A stretch of DNA of 64,000 nt from an uncultured Chloroflexia bacterium. GTDB lineage: Bacteria; Chloroflexota; Limnocylindria; Limnocylindrales; CSP1-4. The stretch lies in assembly GCA_963713975.1 (NCBI GenBank), contig OY970218.1, positions 2,144,001-2,208,000 on the forward strand, in the 5' to 3' direction. Below are positions 31,289 to 40,368 of the stretch, piece by piece; position 1 is the stretch's first letter, and the number at the start of each line of letters is the position of its first letter. The position numbers and the translations under genes are program-made. Under the pieces are notes generated by a model. The model was given only the letters and a program-made list of their open reading frames with translations, ran no database searches and had not been told where the DNA came from.

Positions 31289-32119
31289 GTGGCCAGCGAA
31301 TCCAAGCGCATCGCGCCCCTGGTCTCTCCGGAAGGGTTGGTCCTGCCGATGCCCGTCCGGCGAGCCCGTGTGCTAGAGACCGTCCGTCGGGAGCAATTCG
31401 CCTCGGTTGCCGACCTGAGCGCCGCGTTCGGTGTGTCGGAGGTCACCATCCGCAACGATCTCGACATCCTCGCCGGAGAGGGCGCGCTGCGCCGCGTTCG
31501 CGGCGGTGCGGTGCACCGTACGGGCCGGAACTTCGAGGAGCCATTCGAGGACGCGGAGGTGCGGCAGGTTGCGGCCAAGCTCGCGATCGCCGCGGCCGCC
31601 GCCGAACTCGTAGAGAGCGGGCAAACGGTCATCCTCGACGCGGGCGCCACCGCGACCGTCACGGCGCGGGCGATCGCGGCACGCGAGGATCTCCACGACG
31701 TGTTGGTCTTCACGAATGGTGTCCCCGTAGCGCTGGCCCTGGAGCCCGCGATACCCCGCATCTCGGTGCTGCTCACTGGCGGAACGCTGCGCCGACTCCA
31801 GCACTCGTTGGTGAACCCGTTCGGCACGACGATCCTCGACCAGGTCCATGCGCACCTGGTCATCCTCGAGTGCGACGGGATCGACGCCTCCGCCGGTATC
31901 ACGCACATCAACGTCGCCGAGGTGGAGATCAAGCGGCTCATGATGCGCGCGGCTCGAAAGCGTGTTCTCGTGGCCGACAGTTCCAAGGTTGGCCAGGTCA
32001 GCCTGGTTCACCTCTACCCGCTCGAGGAGATCGACTCGCTCATCACCGATGGGGGTGCTGACCCCGACGTTCTCGAGGCCCTGCGCGAGCAAGGTGTCGA
32101 CATCCGGATCGCCAACTGA
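31289..32119 (+). CDS. DeoR/GlpR family transcriptional regulator
   Basis: FGVSEVTIRNDL HTH, RVRGGA, ILDAGAT and ADSSK. Confidence 0.93.
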   Translation: MASESKRIAPLVSPEGLVLPMPVRRARVLETVRREQFASVADLSAAFGVSEVTIRNDLDILAGEGALRRVRGGAVHRTGRNFEEPFEDAEVRQVAAKLAIAAAAAELVESGQTVILDAGATATVTARAIAAREDLHDVLVFTNGVPVALALEPAIPRISVLLTGGTLRRLQHSLVNPFGTTILDQVHAHLVILECDGIDASAGITHINVAEVEIKRLMMRAARKRVLVADSSKVGQVSLVHLYPLEEIDSLITDGGADPDVLEALREQGVDIRIAN

Positions 32120-32134
32120 TCCCCGAGGAGCCCC

Positions 32135-33091
32135 ATGTCCGCGCTCTCCTATCACCTGCCGCGTCCTGCGCTCAGCCTTGGCTGGAGTCGCGACCACGCT
32201 CCGTCGATCATCGTCCCGTCGGGCGCCGAGATCACGGTGGATGCGCCAGACTGCTCCAACGGTCAGGTCGTGCCGGGATCGACGGCGGAGGTCATCGAGC
32301 GGATCGACTGGGATCAGGTCGACCTCATCTCCGGTCCGGTCTTTGTCGAGGGGGCTCGCCCCGGTGACGTGCTCCAAGTGGACCTGCTCGACGTCGAGGT
32401 CGGCACGATGGGGTACTCGGCCAACTACCCGGGTTCCGGACTGCTGCCGGACGATTTCCCCGATCCTTGGATCTATGTCTGGGAGCTGGGCTCGGACCGC
32501 GCCCGCTATGTGAACGACATCTCCGTACCCGTGGAGCCAATGGTCGGGATCGTGGGCTGCACACCTGCGGCGCCCGGGGTCCATTCCGCAATCCCGCCCT
32601 TGCGGACCGGCGGCAACATGGACGCCAAGCACATCGGACCGGGCACGACCGTGTACCTGCCGGTGGAGGTGGAAGGGGCACTGTTCGGCACCGGCGATCC
32701 CCATGCGGCTCAAGGTGATGGCGAGGTTGGTGGATCGGGCATCGAGGCCGCGATGCAAATCCGGCTGCGCCTCACCGTGCGTCGTGACCTGCGCCTGGAT
32801 GCTCCCGAGTACGAGGTGCGGCGCCCCTTGGAGCGTGCCTCGGCTGCCGCCGCGGGCTACTACGTGACGACTGGCATCGGGCCGGATCTGTATGCAGCGT
32901 CCCAGGCCGCCGTCCGGCGCATGATCGACCGCCTGGTCCGCACGCGCGGGCTCGAGCCGATCGAGGCGTACGAGTTGTGCTCGGTGGCGATGGACCTCAA
33001 GATCAGCGAGATTGTCGATCACCCCAACTACGTCGTCTCGGCCTACTTGCCGAACGACCTGTTCGACGAGGTCCTGCGCTCGCTAGGCTGA
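32135..33091 (+). CDS. Acetamidase/formamidase family protein
   Basis: GPVFVEGARPGD, GGNMD, GDPHAAQGDGE and DLKISEIVD. Confidence 0.9.
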   Translation: MSALSYHLPRPALSLGWSRDHAPSIIVPSGAEITVDAPDCSNGQVVPGSTAEVIERIDWDQVDLISGPVFVEGARPGDVLQVDLLDVEVGTMGYSANYPGSGLLPDDFPDPWIYVWELGSDRARYVNDISVPVEPMVGIVGCTPAAPGVHSAIPPLRTGGNMDAKHIGPGTTVYLPVEVEGALFGTGDPHAAQGDGEVGGSGIEAAMQIRLRLTVRRDLRLDAPEYEVRRPLERASAAAAGYYVTTGIGPDLYAASQAAVRRMIDRLVRTRGLEPIEAYELCSVAMDLKISEIVDHPNYVVSAYLPNDLFDEVLRSLG

Positions 33092-33421
33092 GTGAGCGCG
33101 TTCGAGTGGACAGGACGGGCGCGGTGGTTGTGGCGCGAGCGGCGGCGACGATGCGCCGCCTGGAGGAGATCGGCGCCAACGCACTCTGGGTCGTGTACCG
33201 CAGCACGGAGCACTGAGGACGAGAGCGACGAGATGCTGCGGCCGGACGACCCGAGGTACCCCGCAGCCAACCTCGTGCCCCTGAATGTCCTCGAACGGAT
33301 CCCGCGCGTTTCCTGGGGGGGGGTCGGCCACTTCGTAGGGGTTGCGGACCGTGGCGTCGAGGTCGAGGGTCTGCGATGGACTCGAGCTTGGCCGCCGGCG
33401 CTGGACCGCGGCGGTCGGTTC

Positions 33422-35017
33422 TCAGCCGCCGAGGCGGCGCAGGCCGGCAAGGAGCCGGTCGATGTCGGCCTCGGTCGTCAGGTAGTTCACAATCCCGGCC
33501 CGCAGGTACGAGCGGTTGCCAAGGCGGGTGGTGGACAGCCAGCCGTCGCCCGATGCCTCGAGCGCGACGGCCAGGCGGTCCTCGTGCGCGTCCAGCGCCG
33601 CCGGGTCCATCGCTCCGGCCGCCGCGGCACCACCCGGGAGATGGCGGAAGCAGACCACCGAGAGCTCCGGTTCGGCAGGGACCGCCTCGAGGTCATCGGC
33701 CTCGGCGCAGCAGGCGGCCAGGTACGCGGCGATGTCGTTGTTCATCTCCACCAGCCGTGCCAGGCCGCTGGTGCCAAGGTGCTTCCAGCTCGTCCAAAGC
33801 TTGAGGGCCCGGAAGCGGCGACTGCCCTCGAAGCCGAGGCGATAGAAGTCGATGCCCGCAGCATGCCCCGTACCGGAGCCGGCGGTATGGCCATCGGTCG
33901 CTGTCCCGTCCGCAACGCCCGTCCCGCCCCGGATCCCGTGGCTGCGGTAGTACTCCGGCGATCGGTCGAAGGTCTGGCGGAGGTGATCACCGTCCCGGAC
34001 CACGAGCGCGCCGAGGTCATAGGCCTGGAAGAACCACTTGTGGGGGTCCACGGTGACGCTGTCCGCGAGCTCGAGACCGGGGACCCGGCCGGCATCCCGG
34101 GCGGACAGTCGGGCGGCGCCGCCGTACGCTGCATCGACGTGGAACCAGAGGCCCTCGCGCTCCGCCAGCGTCGCCAGGTCCGGGAGGAGGTCCACCGAGC
34201 CGGTGTTGGTGGAGCCGGCGACCGCGCAGATCGCGACCGGGGTCAGGCCGCGCGCACGGTCCCGGGCGATCGCCCCGGCCACGGGTTCGGCGTGGAGGCG
34301 GTAGCGATCGTCCGCGGGCATGACGACGAGCGTCTCGGGCGGGAACCCGAGCTCGTCGAGCGCACGGGCGATGGAGAAGTGGGTCTGGTCGCCGGTGTAG
34401 ACCCGGACGCCGTCGAGACCGGCTCCCCTGGGGGGCCGCGAGCCGCCCCGCAGCCGCCGGAGGTGGACGTCGCGCACGAGCGCCATCGCGATGAAGTTGG
34501 CCATCACCCCACCGGAGGTGCACAGGCCGAAGCTGCCCTCGCCGTAGCCCACGAGGTCGCACAGCCAGTGCACGACCTCCTCCTCCACGAACGCCCCGAC
34601 CGGTCCGGCGTGCCAGACGTCGATGCCCTGGTTGGTCCACTGGGCGAGCACCTCGCCGGCGATGGACGCGACGAGCGGCGGCGGCGTGAAGTACGAGAGC
34701 GCCCTCGGGTGGTAGCTGTTGAGCGTGTGAGGCGCGATCCGGGACGTGAACTCGTCCAGGACCTGCTGCAGGGGCCGTGGATCCTGGGGTGCCTCACCCG
34801 GCTCGCCGGCCGGTCCGAAGTACAACTCCCGAAGCACCGCGTACCCGGTCGGCGTTCCCATCGCACGGTCCATCGCCTCGTCGTACAGCCAGTCCAGCGA
34901 TGCCCGCCAGGTTGCCTCGCCGACGCGTTCCAGCGCCGCTCGGGAGGCGGCGGCGTCGCGGATGCCGATGAGCTCCGGCTCCGGGTGCCAGCGGAATGGC
35001 GCGAGGGGATCGTCCAT
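33422..35017 (-). CDS. Group II PLP-dependent amino acid decarboxylase
   Basis: TSGGVMAN, HFSI, AGSTNTGSVD, HVDAAYGG and DPHKW. Confidence 0.9.
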   Translation of the reverse strand: MDDPLAPFRWHPEPELIGIRDAAASRAALERVGEATWRASLDWLYDEAMDRAMGTPTGYAVLRELYFGPAGEPGEAPQDPRPLQQVLDEFTSRIAPHTLNSYHPRALSYFTPPPLVASIAGEVLAQWTNQGIDVWHAGPVGAFVEEEVVHWLCDLVGYGEGSFGLCTSGGVMANFIAMALVRDVHLRRLRGGSRPPRGAGLDGVRVYTGDQTHFSIARALDELGFPPETLVVMPADDRYRLHAEPVAGAIARDRARGLTPVAICAVAGSTNTGSVDLLPDLATLAEREGLWFHVDAAYGGAARLSARDAGRVPGLELADSVTVDPHKWFFQAYDLGALVVRDGDHLRQTFDRSPEYYRSHGIRGGTGVADGTATDGHTAGSGTGHAAGIDFYRLGFEGSRRFRALKLWTSWKHLGTSGLARLVEMNNDIAAYLAACCAEADDLEAVPAEPELSVVCFRHLPGGAAAAGAMDPAALDAHEDRLAVALEASGDGWLSTTRLGNRSYLRAGIVNYLTTEADIDRLLAGLRRLGG

Positions 35018-35070
35018 CGTCGTGAATGGTATGGCGTGTGAGGAACGCGATGGGCGGTACAGTTGGAAGC

Positions 35071-35505
35071 GTGACCTCCCCCGAGCAACCCCCCTCCGTT
35101 CGGCCTGTCGACTACAAGGGCGAGCCGCTCGACGCCGAGCGTGGTCCCGGGCTGGGCTGCTTCCGGTTCCAGGTCGTCGTCCTGGCCGTGCTGCTCGTCC
35201 TCACGCCGCTGACCGTCGCCTGGAACTGGCCGTCCGCTGTGAGCATCGCGCTGCTGTTCATCTCGCTGCTGCTGCTGCTGTTCACGGGCCAGACGATCAT
35301 CTTCCTGCTCCGTCTGGTTGCCGCCGACCGCCGCGATGGGCGTCGCGTGCCCCTTGCCGGCGCGACACCGACGGTGGGGGAGCTGGAGGACGCCGAGGCC
35401 CCTGTGGACGGCGCGAGCGGGGAGGCCCCGGGCCCGCCGATGGAGGCGCCTGGGGGCGACGCTCCCGACGGGACGCTGCCGAGCGATCCGGGCGTGCGAG
35501 AATAG
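35071..35505 (+). CDS. Small 2-TM membrane protein
   Basis: TACAGT-N7-GTG start; two hydrophobic helices. Confidence 0.65.
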   Translation: MTSPEQPPSVRPVDYKGEPLDAERGPGLGCFRFQVVVLAVLLVLTPLTVAWNWPSAVSIALLFISLLLLLFTGQTIIFLLRLVAADRRDGRRVPLAGATPTVGELEDAEAPVDGASGEAPGPPMEAPGGDAPDGTLPSDPGVRE

Positions 35506-35545
35506 CCGGGATCCGACGCCAGGCTCCAGGGAGACTTCTCGTCAC

Positions 35546-35872
35546 GTGCCCGTTCTAGCAACCTTCTTCTCCGTCCGGCGGGGCCGGGATCCGTTCTTCA
35601 AGTTCTTCATGAAGACCATCTTCCCGCGCCAGCTGAAGGAGTACGAGGACAAGTTCGGCATCAAGTTCGTGGGCTGGTACAACGTCGCCCACGGCTGGGA
35701 CTTCGACAACGTGATCATGCTCGACCTGCCGGACTACGGCACCCTCGACAAGCTCGAGGCGGACGAGGCAACCCGGGCCCTCGGGCACCGGGCGGGCGAG
35801 TGGATCTTCGAACGACATCACTCGATGTTTCTCCGGGAACGGCTCGGGCCGGATCTCGAGTACCACGGCTGA
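35546..35872 (+). CDS. Small hypothetical protein, possible dimeric alpha-beta barrel (NIPSNAP/GYD-like)
   Basis: Strong codon bias and GGAG RBS; KFGIKFVGWY...DFDNVIMLDLPDY. Confidence 0.65.
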   Translation: MPVLATFFSVRRGRDPFFKFFMKTIFPRQLKEYEDKFGIKFVGWYNVAHGWDFDNVIMLDLPDYGTLDKLEADEATRALGHRAGEWIFERHHSMFLRERLGPDLEYHG

Positions 35873-35885
35873 AGGAGGCGATCGC

Positions 35886-36857
35886 ATGGACGTGAGCCGC
35901 AACTCGATGCTCGGTGAGCTCGCCGGTGACGCCGCGAGCGAGCGCAATGACTTCGTCGTGCAGGCGACGGAGCAGCTGGCGAGGTTCCTGGACCGCAACC
36001 GGGACCGGATCAGCCAGCTCGGTGGCCTGACGCTGATCGACGACGATCCCGACTACCTCTCGGTCGCCCCGGACTGCAGCTTCCGTGTTCGCAGCCGGTT
36101 CGAGGATCCGGATTCCGGCGAGTGGGTCTCGGAGACGGAGATCGTGGAGACAGCCTCGGAGCTGGTCGAGCTCTACAACCCTGCCGAGGTGTTCGCGGCC
36201 TTCGCCGAGGCTGCTCGCGAGGCGGCCGGCCTGGCGGCGGAGCCGACCGCGACGGACGAGCTGCTCGCCACGGCGGGTGTCTCGCCCGAGGAGACGTTCG
36301 GGCTCAACGAGGACGAGGCCTACATCGGGGCAGCCGACGAGTGGGCCGCGGGTCAACCGGTGGTGGCCCAGGCCGACGATGACGAGTCGGCCGCTGCGGC
36401 GATGTACAACCTTGCCCTTGACTTCCAGGAGCGGAGCCAGGCCAGCGAAGCGCGCCTGATCGACCAGTTCGAGGACGCGGTGGCGCGCCTGTCCGGCACC
36501 CTCGGCGACCTGATCATCGTCGACGACGACGACGAGCGGCTCGTGCTGGGTGCGACCGGACGGTTCCGCGCCGAAGTCCTGCCCGACGACGCGGAGAACG
36601 GCGAGTGGCGCTCGCTGACCGAGCCCGAGGACATCGTCGAGTTCTACGACCCGACCGACATCTTCGGGGACCTCGCCGACGCGCTGGCCGAGGCCTTCCC
36701 CGCGGTTGCCCCGGATGTCGAGGGCGAGGACGACGCGGGCGAGGACGACGCCGACGACGCTGACGACGAGGGCGAGGACGACGAGGACGACGCGGACGAG
36801 GTCCAGCCGGACGCCGACCCAGGGATGGACATCCCCGGGGACGGACAGCGCCCCTAG
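35886..36857 (+). CDS. Highly acidic hypothetical protein with an internal duplication
   Basis: AAGGAGG RBS; two similar domains and a D/E-rich tail. Confidence 0.8.
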   Translation: MDVSRNSMLGELAGDAASERNDFVVQATEQLARFLDRNRDRISQLGGLTLIDDDPDYLSVAPDCSFRVRSRFEDPDSGEWVSETEIVETASELVELYNPAEVFAAFAEAAREAAGLAAEPTATDELLATAGVSPEETFGLNEDEAYIGAADEWAAGQPVVAQADDDESAAAAMYNLALDFQERSQASEARLIDQFEDAVARLSGTLGDLIIVDDDDERLVLGATGRFRAEVLPDDAENGEWRSLTEPEDIVEFYDPTDIFGDLADALAEAFPAVAPDVEGEDDAGEDDADDADDEGEDDEDDADEVQPDADPGMDIPGDGQRP

Positions 36858-36890
36858 CCACCCGCCGCCCGGCCAGGGCCGTCTGCCTTC

Positions 36891-37751
36891 ATGCGCCTGA
36901 CCGGAGCCGAGCTCGTCGAGAGCCGGGAGATCCTGGCCGGCACGTGGTTGCAGGCATGGCACGCACCTTCGGTCGTGGCGGGCGCACGCTCCGGGCAGTA
37001 CGTCCACGTCCGCGTGGTCGAGGCCGGCGGCCTGCCGCTGCGTCGGCCGTTCCCGATCGCCACCGCCGACCCGGTGAGCGGCATCCTGTCGATCCAGGCG
37101 GGCTCTGCCTCCACCTCGGGGGCTGGCTGGGCGCGCGGCCTCCGGACCGGTGACCAGGCCGAGATCGCGGGCCCCCTGGGCCGCCCGTTCGAGGTGGACC
37201 CGAGATCCCGGCACCTGCTGCTCGTGGCGGAAGGGCCATCGATCGCCTCGCTACGCCTGTTGATGGACGAGGCGATCCGTGGCGCCCGTTCCGTGGTCCT
37301 GCTCTTCGGGGCGGCCACCGCCTCCGGCGTCTACCCGTCCAGCCTCCTCCCGGACGAGGTCGAGTACGTCGTCGCCACCCGGGACGGCAGCCTCGGCCAC
37401 CGCGGATCCGTGAAGGACCTGCTCCTCGACTACGAGGCCTGGGCGGACGAGGCGTTCGCAGCCGGTCCACCGGCGCTGCTCGCGTCGCTGGTACGCCTGG
37501 CCGGTGGTCGCCGGCAGCGGATGGGTGTCGCCACCCTCGGCCGCAAGCGGGGTGGGGGCCGGCCGCCGGCCCCGGGCTCACCGGAGGCCAGGCGCAAGGC
37601 GTACCTCCAGGTGGCCGTCGACCAGTCCATGGCGTGCGCCGCAGGCACGTGCATGGGATGCGCGGTCATGGGTTCGTCGGGGATGCCGCTGCGGGCCTGT
37701 CGCGAGGGCCCCGTGTTTGCCGCGGACGAGCTGGACTGGGGGGAGGATTGA
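36891..37751 (+). CDS. pyrK: Dihydroorotate dehydrogenase electron-transfer subunit
   Basis: GQYVHV, LRRPFPI, GPLGRPF and MACAAGTCMGC...CREGPVF 2Fe-2S motif. Confidence 0.8.
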   Translation: MRLTGAELVESREILAGTWLQAWHAPSVVAGARSGQYVHVRVVEAGGLPLRRPFPIATADPVSGILSIQAGSASTSGAGWARGLRTGDQAEIAGPLGRPFEVDPRSRHLLLVAEGPSIASLRLLMDEAIRGARSVVLLFGAATASGVYPSSLLPDEVEYVVATRDGSLGHRGSVKDLLLDYEAWADEAFAAGPPALLASLVRLAGGRRQRMGVATLGRKRGGGRPPAPGSPEARRKAYLQVAVDQSMACAAGTCMGCAVMGSSGMPLRACREGPVFAADELDWGED

Positions 37752-38896
37752 AGCCCAAGCGCAAGGTCGTCCCCGGGGTCAGCACCCGCCGGACGCCCAC
37801 CGTCCGGCGGGTGAAGCCCGCGATCCGAGCCGTGCCCCCCGGTGGTCCGCGGCCGCCCGCCGGGCGAGCGATGACCAGGGCCGGACAGGACCTCGTCCAC
37901 CCCGACCGTCGCGCGCTCGACGCCGTCGGCGGGCGGCCGATCAGGCTGGAGGTGGACCTCGGGCGGGGGCTCGTCCTCGCGAACCCCGTGCTGGCGGCCG
38001 CGGGGCCGTTCGGGTACGGGGTGGAGGTCGCCGATCTCGTTGACCTGGGCCGCCTGGGCGCGATGATCACCCGCGGCACCAGCCTCAAGGCCCGCCGAGG
38101 GCATCCGGCCCCGCGGACGGCCGAGGTCCCGGCCGGCCTGCTGCTGGGCATGGGGCCGCAGAACCCCGGGCTCGACGCGGTGCTGGAGCGCTACCCGCCG
38201 ATCTGGGTCGGGTGGGCCGTCCCCGTGATCCTGAACCTGTGCGGCGAGTCCGCTTCGGAGCTGTCCGAGGCGGCGCGGCGCCTGGAGGGCGTCCCGGGGA
38301 TCGCGGGCCTGGAGGTCAACCTGTCGTGCGGCAGTTCCGGCCGTGGGGGCACGGCGTTCGGACTCTCCGCGGACGCCGCCGCCAGCGCGATCGCAGCCGT
38401 GCGTCGCGCGTGCGACCTGCCGCTGATCGCCAAGCTCACGGCCGCCGCGTCGGACGTGCGGGCCGTCGCCCGGGCGGTGGAGGACGCGGGAGCAGACGCG
38501 ATCTCGGCGATCAACACCCTGCCGGGGCTCGCCGTGGCGCCCGATCGGCACGGGCCTGCACTGGGCTCCGGGTACGGCGGGATCTGCGGGCCGGCCATCA
38601 AGCCCGTCGCGCTGCGAGTGGTCTACGAGGTGGCCCAGGCGGTGGACGTGCCGGTCATCGGCATCGGCGGCGTCGCCACGCTGGAGGATGTGGTGGACAT
38701 GCTGGCGGTGGGGGCGGTCGCGGTCGGTGTGGGGGTGGCGGCGCTGGCCGATCCGATGCTGCCCGTCAACCTCGCCGACGAGCTGGCCGATGCCTGCCGG
38801 GCACTCGGGATCGACGATGTCGCCGGCCTGGTGGGGACGGCGCTGCCCGCAAAGCCCGGGCCGGCATCCACCCGTGGGGCGGAGTACGCACGCTGA
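37748..38896 (+). CDS. pyrD: Dihydroorotate dehydrogenase family 1B catalytic subunit
   Basis: QNPG, EVNLSC, AKLT, AINTL, GGICGPAIKP and IGIGG. Start TTG 37748 or ATG 37871. Confidence 0.85.
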   Translation: MKPKRKVVPGVSTRRTPTVRRVKPAIRAVPPGGPRPPAGRAMTRAGQDLVHPDRRALDAVGGRPIRLEVDLGRGLVLANPVLAAAGPFGYGVEVADLVDLGRLGAMITRGTSLKARRGHPAPRTAEVPAGLLLGMGPQNPGLDAVLERYPPIWVGWAVPVILNLCGESASELSEAARRLEGVPGIAGLEVNLSCGSSGRGGTAFGLSADAAASAIAAVRRACDLPLIAKLTAAASDVRAVARAVEDAGADAISAINTLPGLAVAPDRHGPALGSGYGGICGPAIKPVALRVVYEVAQAVDVPVIGIGGVATLEDVVDMLAVGAVAVGVGVAALADPMLPVNLADELADACRALGIDDVAGLVGTALPAKPGPASTRGAEYAR

Positions 38897-39165
38897 TGCA
38901 GGTCGGGACGCTGGCGCTCTGGCTGCTGGTGATCAACGTGATCACGGCCGCCGCATACGCATGGGACAAGGAGCAGGCGCGGCGTCACGGCCGACGGGTC
39001 CGAGAGCGGACCCTGTGGCTGCTGTGCTTCATGGGGGGCGTCGGCGGAGCGTGGCTCGTGTTCTTCGGCATGCGCCACAAGACCCGGCACCGGTCGTTCT
39101 GGATCGCGCAGGGTGCCGCGTCCGTGCTGTGGATCGGGGTCCTGGTGGCGGTGCTGTTCGACTGA
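38896..39165 (+). CDS. DUF1294 family membrane protein
   Basis: YAWDKEQARR..RRVRERTL...GG..GA...RHKTRH..F. Confidence 0.88.
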   Translation: MQVGTLALWLLVINVITAAAYAWDKEQARRHGRRVRERTLWLLCFMGGVGGAWLVFFGMRHKTRHRSFWIAQGAASVLWIGVLVAVLFD

Positions 39166-39250
39166 CGGCGATTGGTGGCGCCCGACGGGCGGCGGGGGCC
39201 CCGTGGGATGTCCGGGCTCTTCGCCCGCGTGCGGCTAGAATTCGTGCGCC

Positions 39251-39931
39251 ATGACAACCCTGCGACGCACCCTGGACGAGGCGGCCCGACGCGAGATCAG
39301 CCGGCGCACGGAAGTCTTGTTCCGCGCCAGTGGCGCCCTCCGCGAGGGCCACTTCACGCTCAAGAGCGGCCGGCATTCGGATGCCTACCTGGAGAAGTTC
39401 CAGGTACTCCAGGATCCGGCTGCCACCAGCGAGCTGTGCGGGTTCTGGGCCGGCGAGCTCCGGCGTCCCGACGGCACGCCTGCCGTTGATCTCGTCGCCG
39501 GTCCCACGACCGGGGGCGTGATCCTGGCGTTCGAGACCGGCCGCCAGCTCGGCACCCGCGCGATGTTCGCCGAGGAGGTCGCGACCGGCGGCGCTCCTCG
39601 CCGCGAGTTCCGGCGGGGATTCACGATCACGCCCGGGGAGCGGGTCCTGCTGGTCGATGACATCCTGACCACCGGCGGCTCGCTGCTGGCGATGATCCCG
39701 GCCGTCGAGGCCGCGGGCGGCGAGATCGTCGAGTGCGCGGTCCTCGTCGACCGCTCGGGTGGCCTCGCCACGCTGACGTCGCCGGCCACGGGTCGCGTGT
39801 ACCCGCTCCGGGCCCTGTGGCGGCTGGAACTCCCGACCTACGAGCCGGGCGAGGCGACCTGCCCACGCTGCGCGGCCGGGGAGCCCGCGGTCAAGCCGGG
39901 GAGCAGCGGCACGGGGATGGCTCCGGCGTGA
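39251..39931 (+). CDS. pyrE: Orotate phosphoribosyltransferase
   Basis: GHFTLKSGRHS, VLLVDDILTTGGS and C-terminal CPRC...KPGS. Confidence 0.93.
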   Translation: MTTLRRTLDEAARREISRRTEVLFRASGALREGHFTLKSGRHSDAYLEKFQVLQDPAATSELCGFWAGELRRPDGTPAVDLVAGPTTGGVILAFETGRQLGTRAMFAEEVATGGAPRREFRRGFTITPGERVLLVDDILTTGGSLLAMIPAVEAAGGEIVECAVLVDRSGGLATLTSPATGRVYPLRALWRLELPTYEPGEATCPRCAAGEPAVKPGSSGTGMAPA

Positions 39932-40368
39932 CCACGCCCGGCCGGCGGGGGCTGTCCCGCGGCCAGGTGTGGATCCTGGCGGTCGGCCTGTTGCTCGGGG
40001 CATCGTTCCTGGTCGTGTTTGCCTCCGGCGGGTTCGAGCCGGCGTCCACGTCACCCCCGGGTCCGATCGGCAGTGCCTCGCTCGGGCCGGCCATCAGCGG
40101 CGCCCCGGCCGGCGGCGAGTTGCCCGCATCGCCGGTGACCGGTGTCGTGACGGACATCGAGGCCACCGGCCTCACCAGTGTCGCGGCGATCACGCTGCGC
40201 ACCGCCGACGGCGTGCAGACCGTCTTCCGGATCGGGCTCCTGGAGAACGGCGCCGAGTTCCCGCCCGGCCACCTCTCGGAGCACATGGCCACGTCGTCGC
40301 CGGTGCGGGTCTTCTTCCGCGAGGAGGGCGGCGAGATGGTCGTGTACCGCCTCGAGGACGGGAGCTGA
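39928..40368 (+). CDS. Membrane-anchored hypothetical protein with a His/Met motif
   Basis: GTGA overlap with pyrE; one TM helix; beta-rich domain containing GHLSEHM. Confidence 0.65.
   Translation: MTTPGRRGLSRGQVWILAVGLLLGASFLVVFASGGFEPASTSPPGPIGSASLGPAISGAPAGGELPASPVTGVVTDIEATGLTSVAAITLRTADGVQTVFRIGLLENGAEFPPGHLSEHMATSSPVRVFFREEGGEMVVYRLEDGS

Noticed and set aside
33092-33420. Small CDS downstream of the acetamidase
   Set aside because: There is no convincing start, RBS or family motif. It is treated as possible gene debris.
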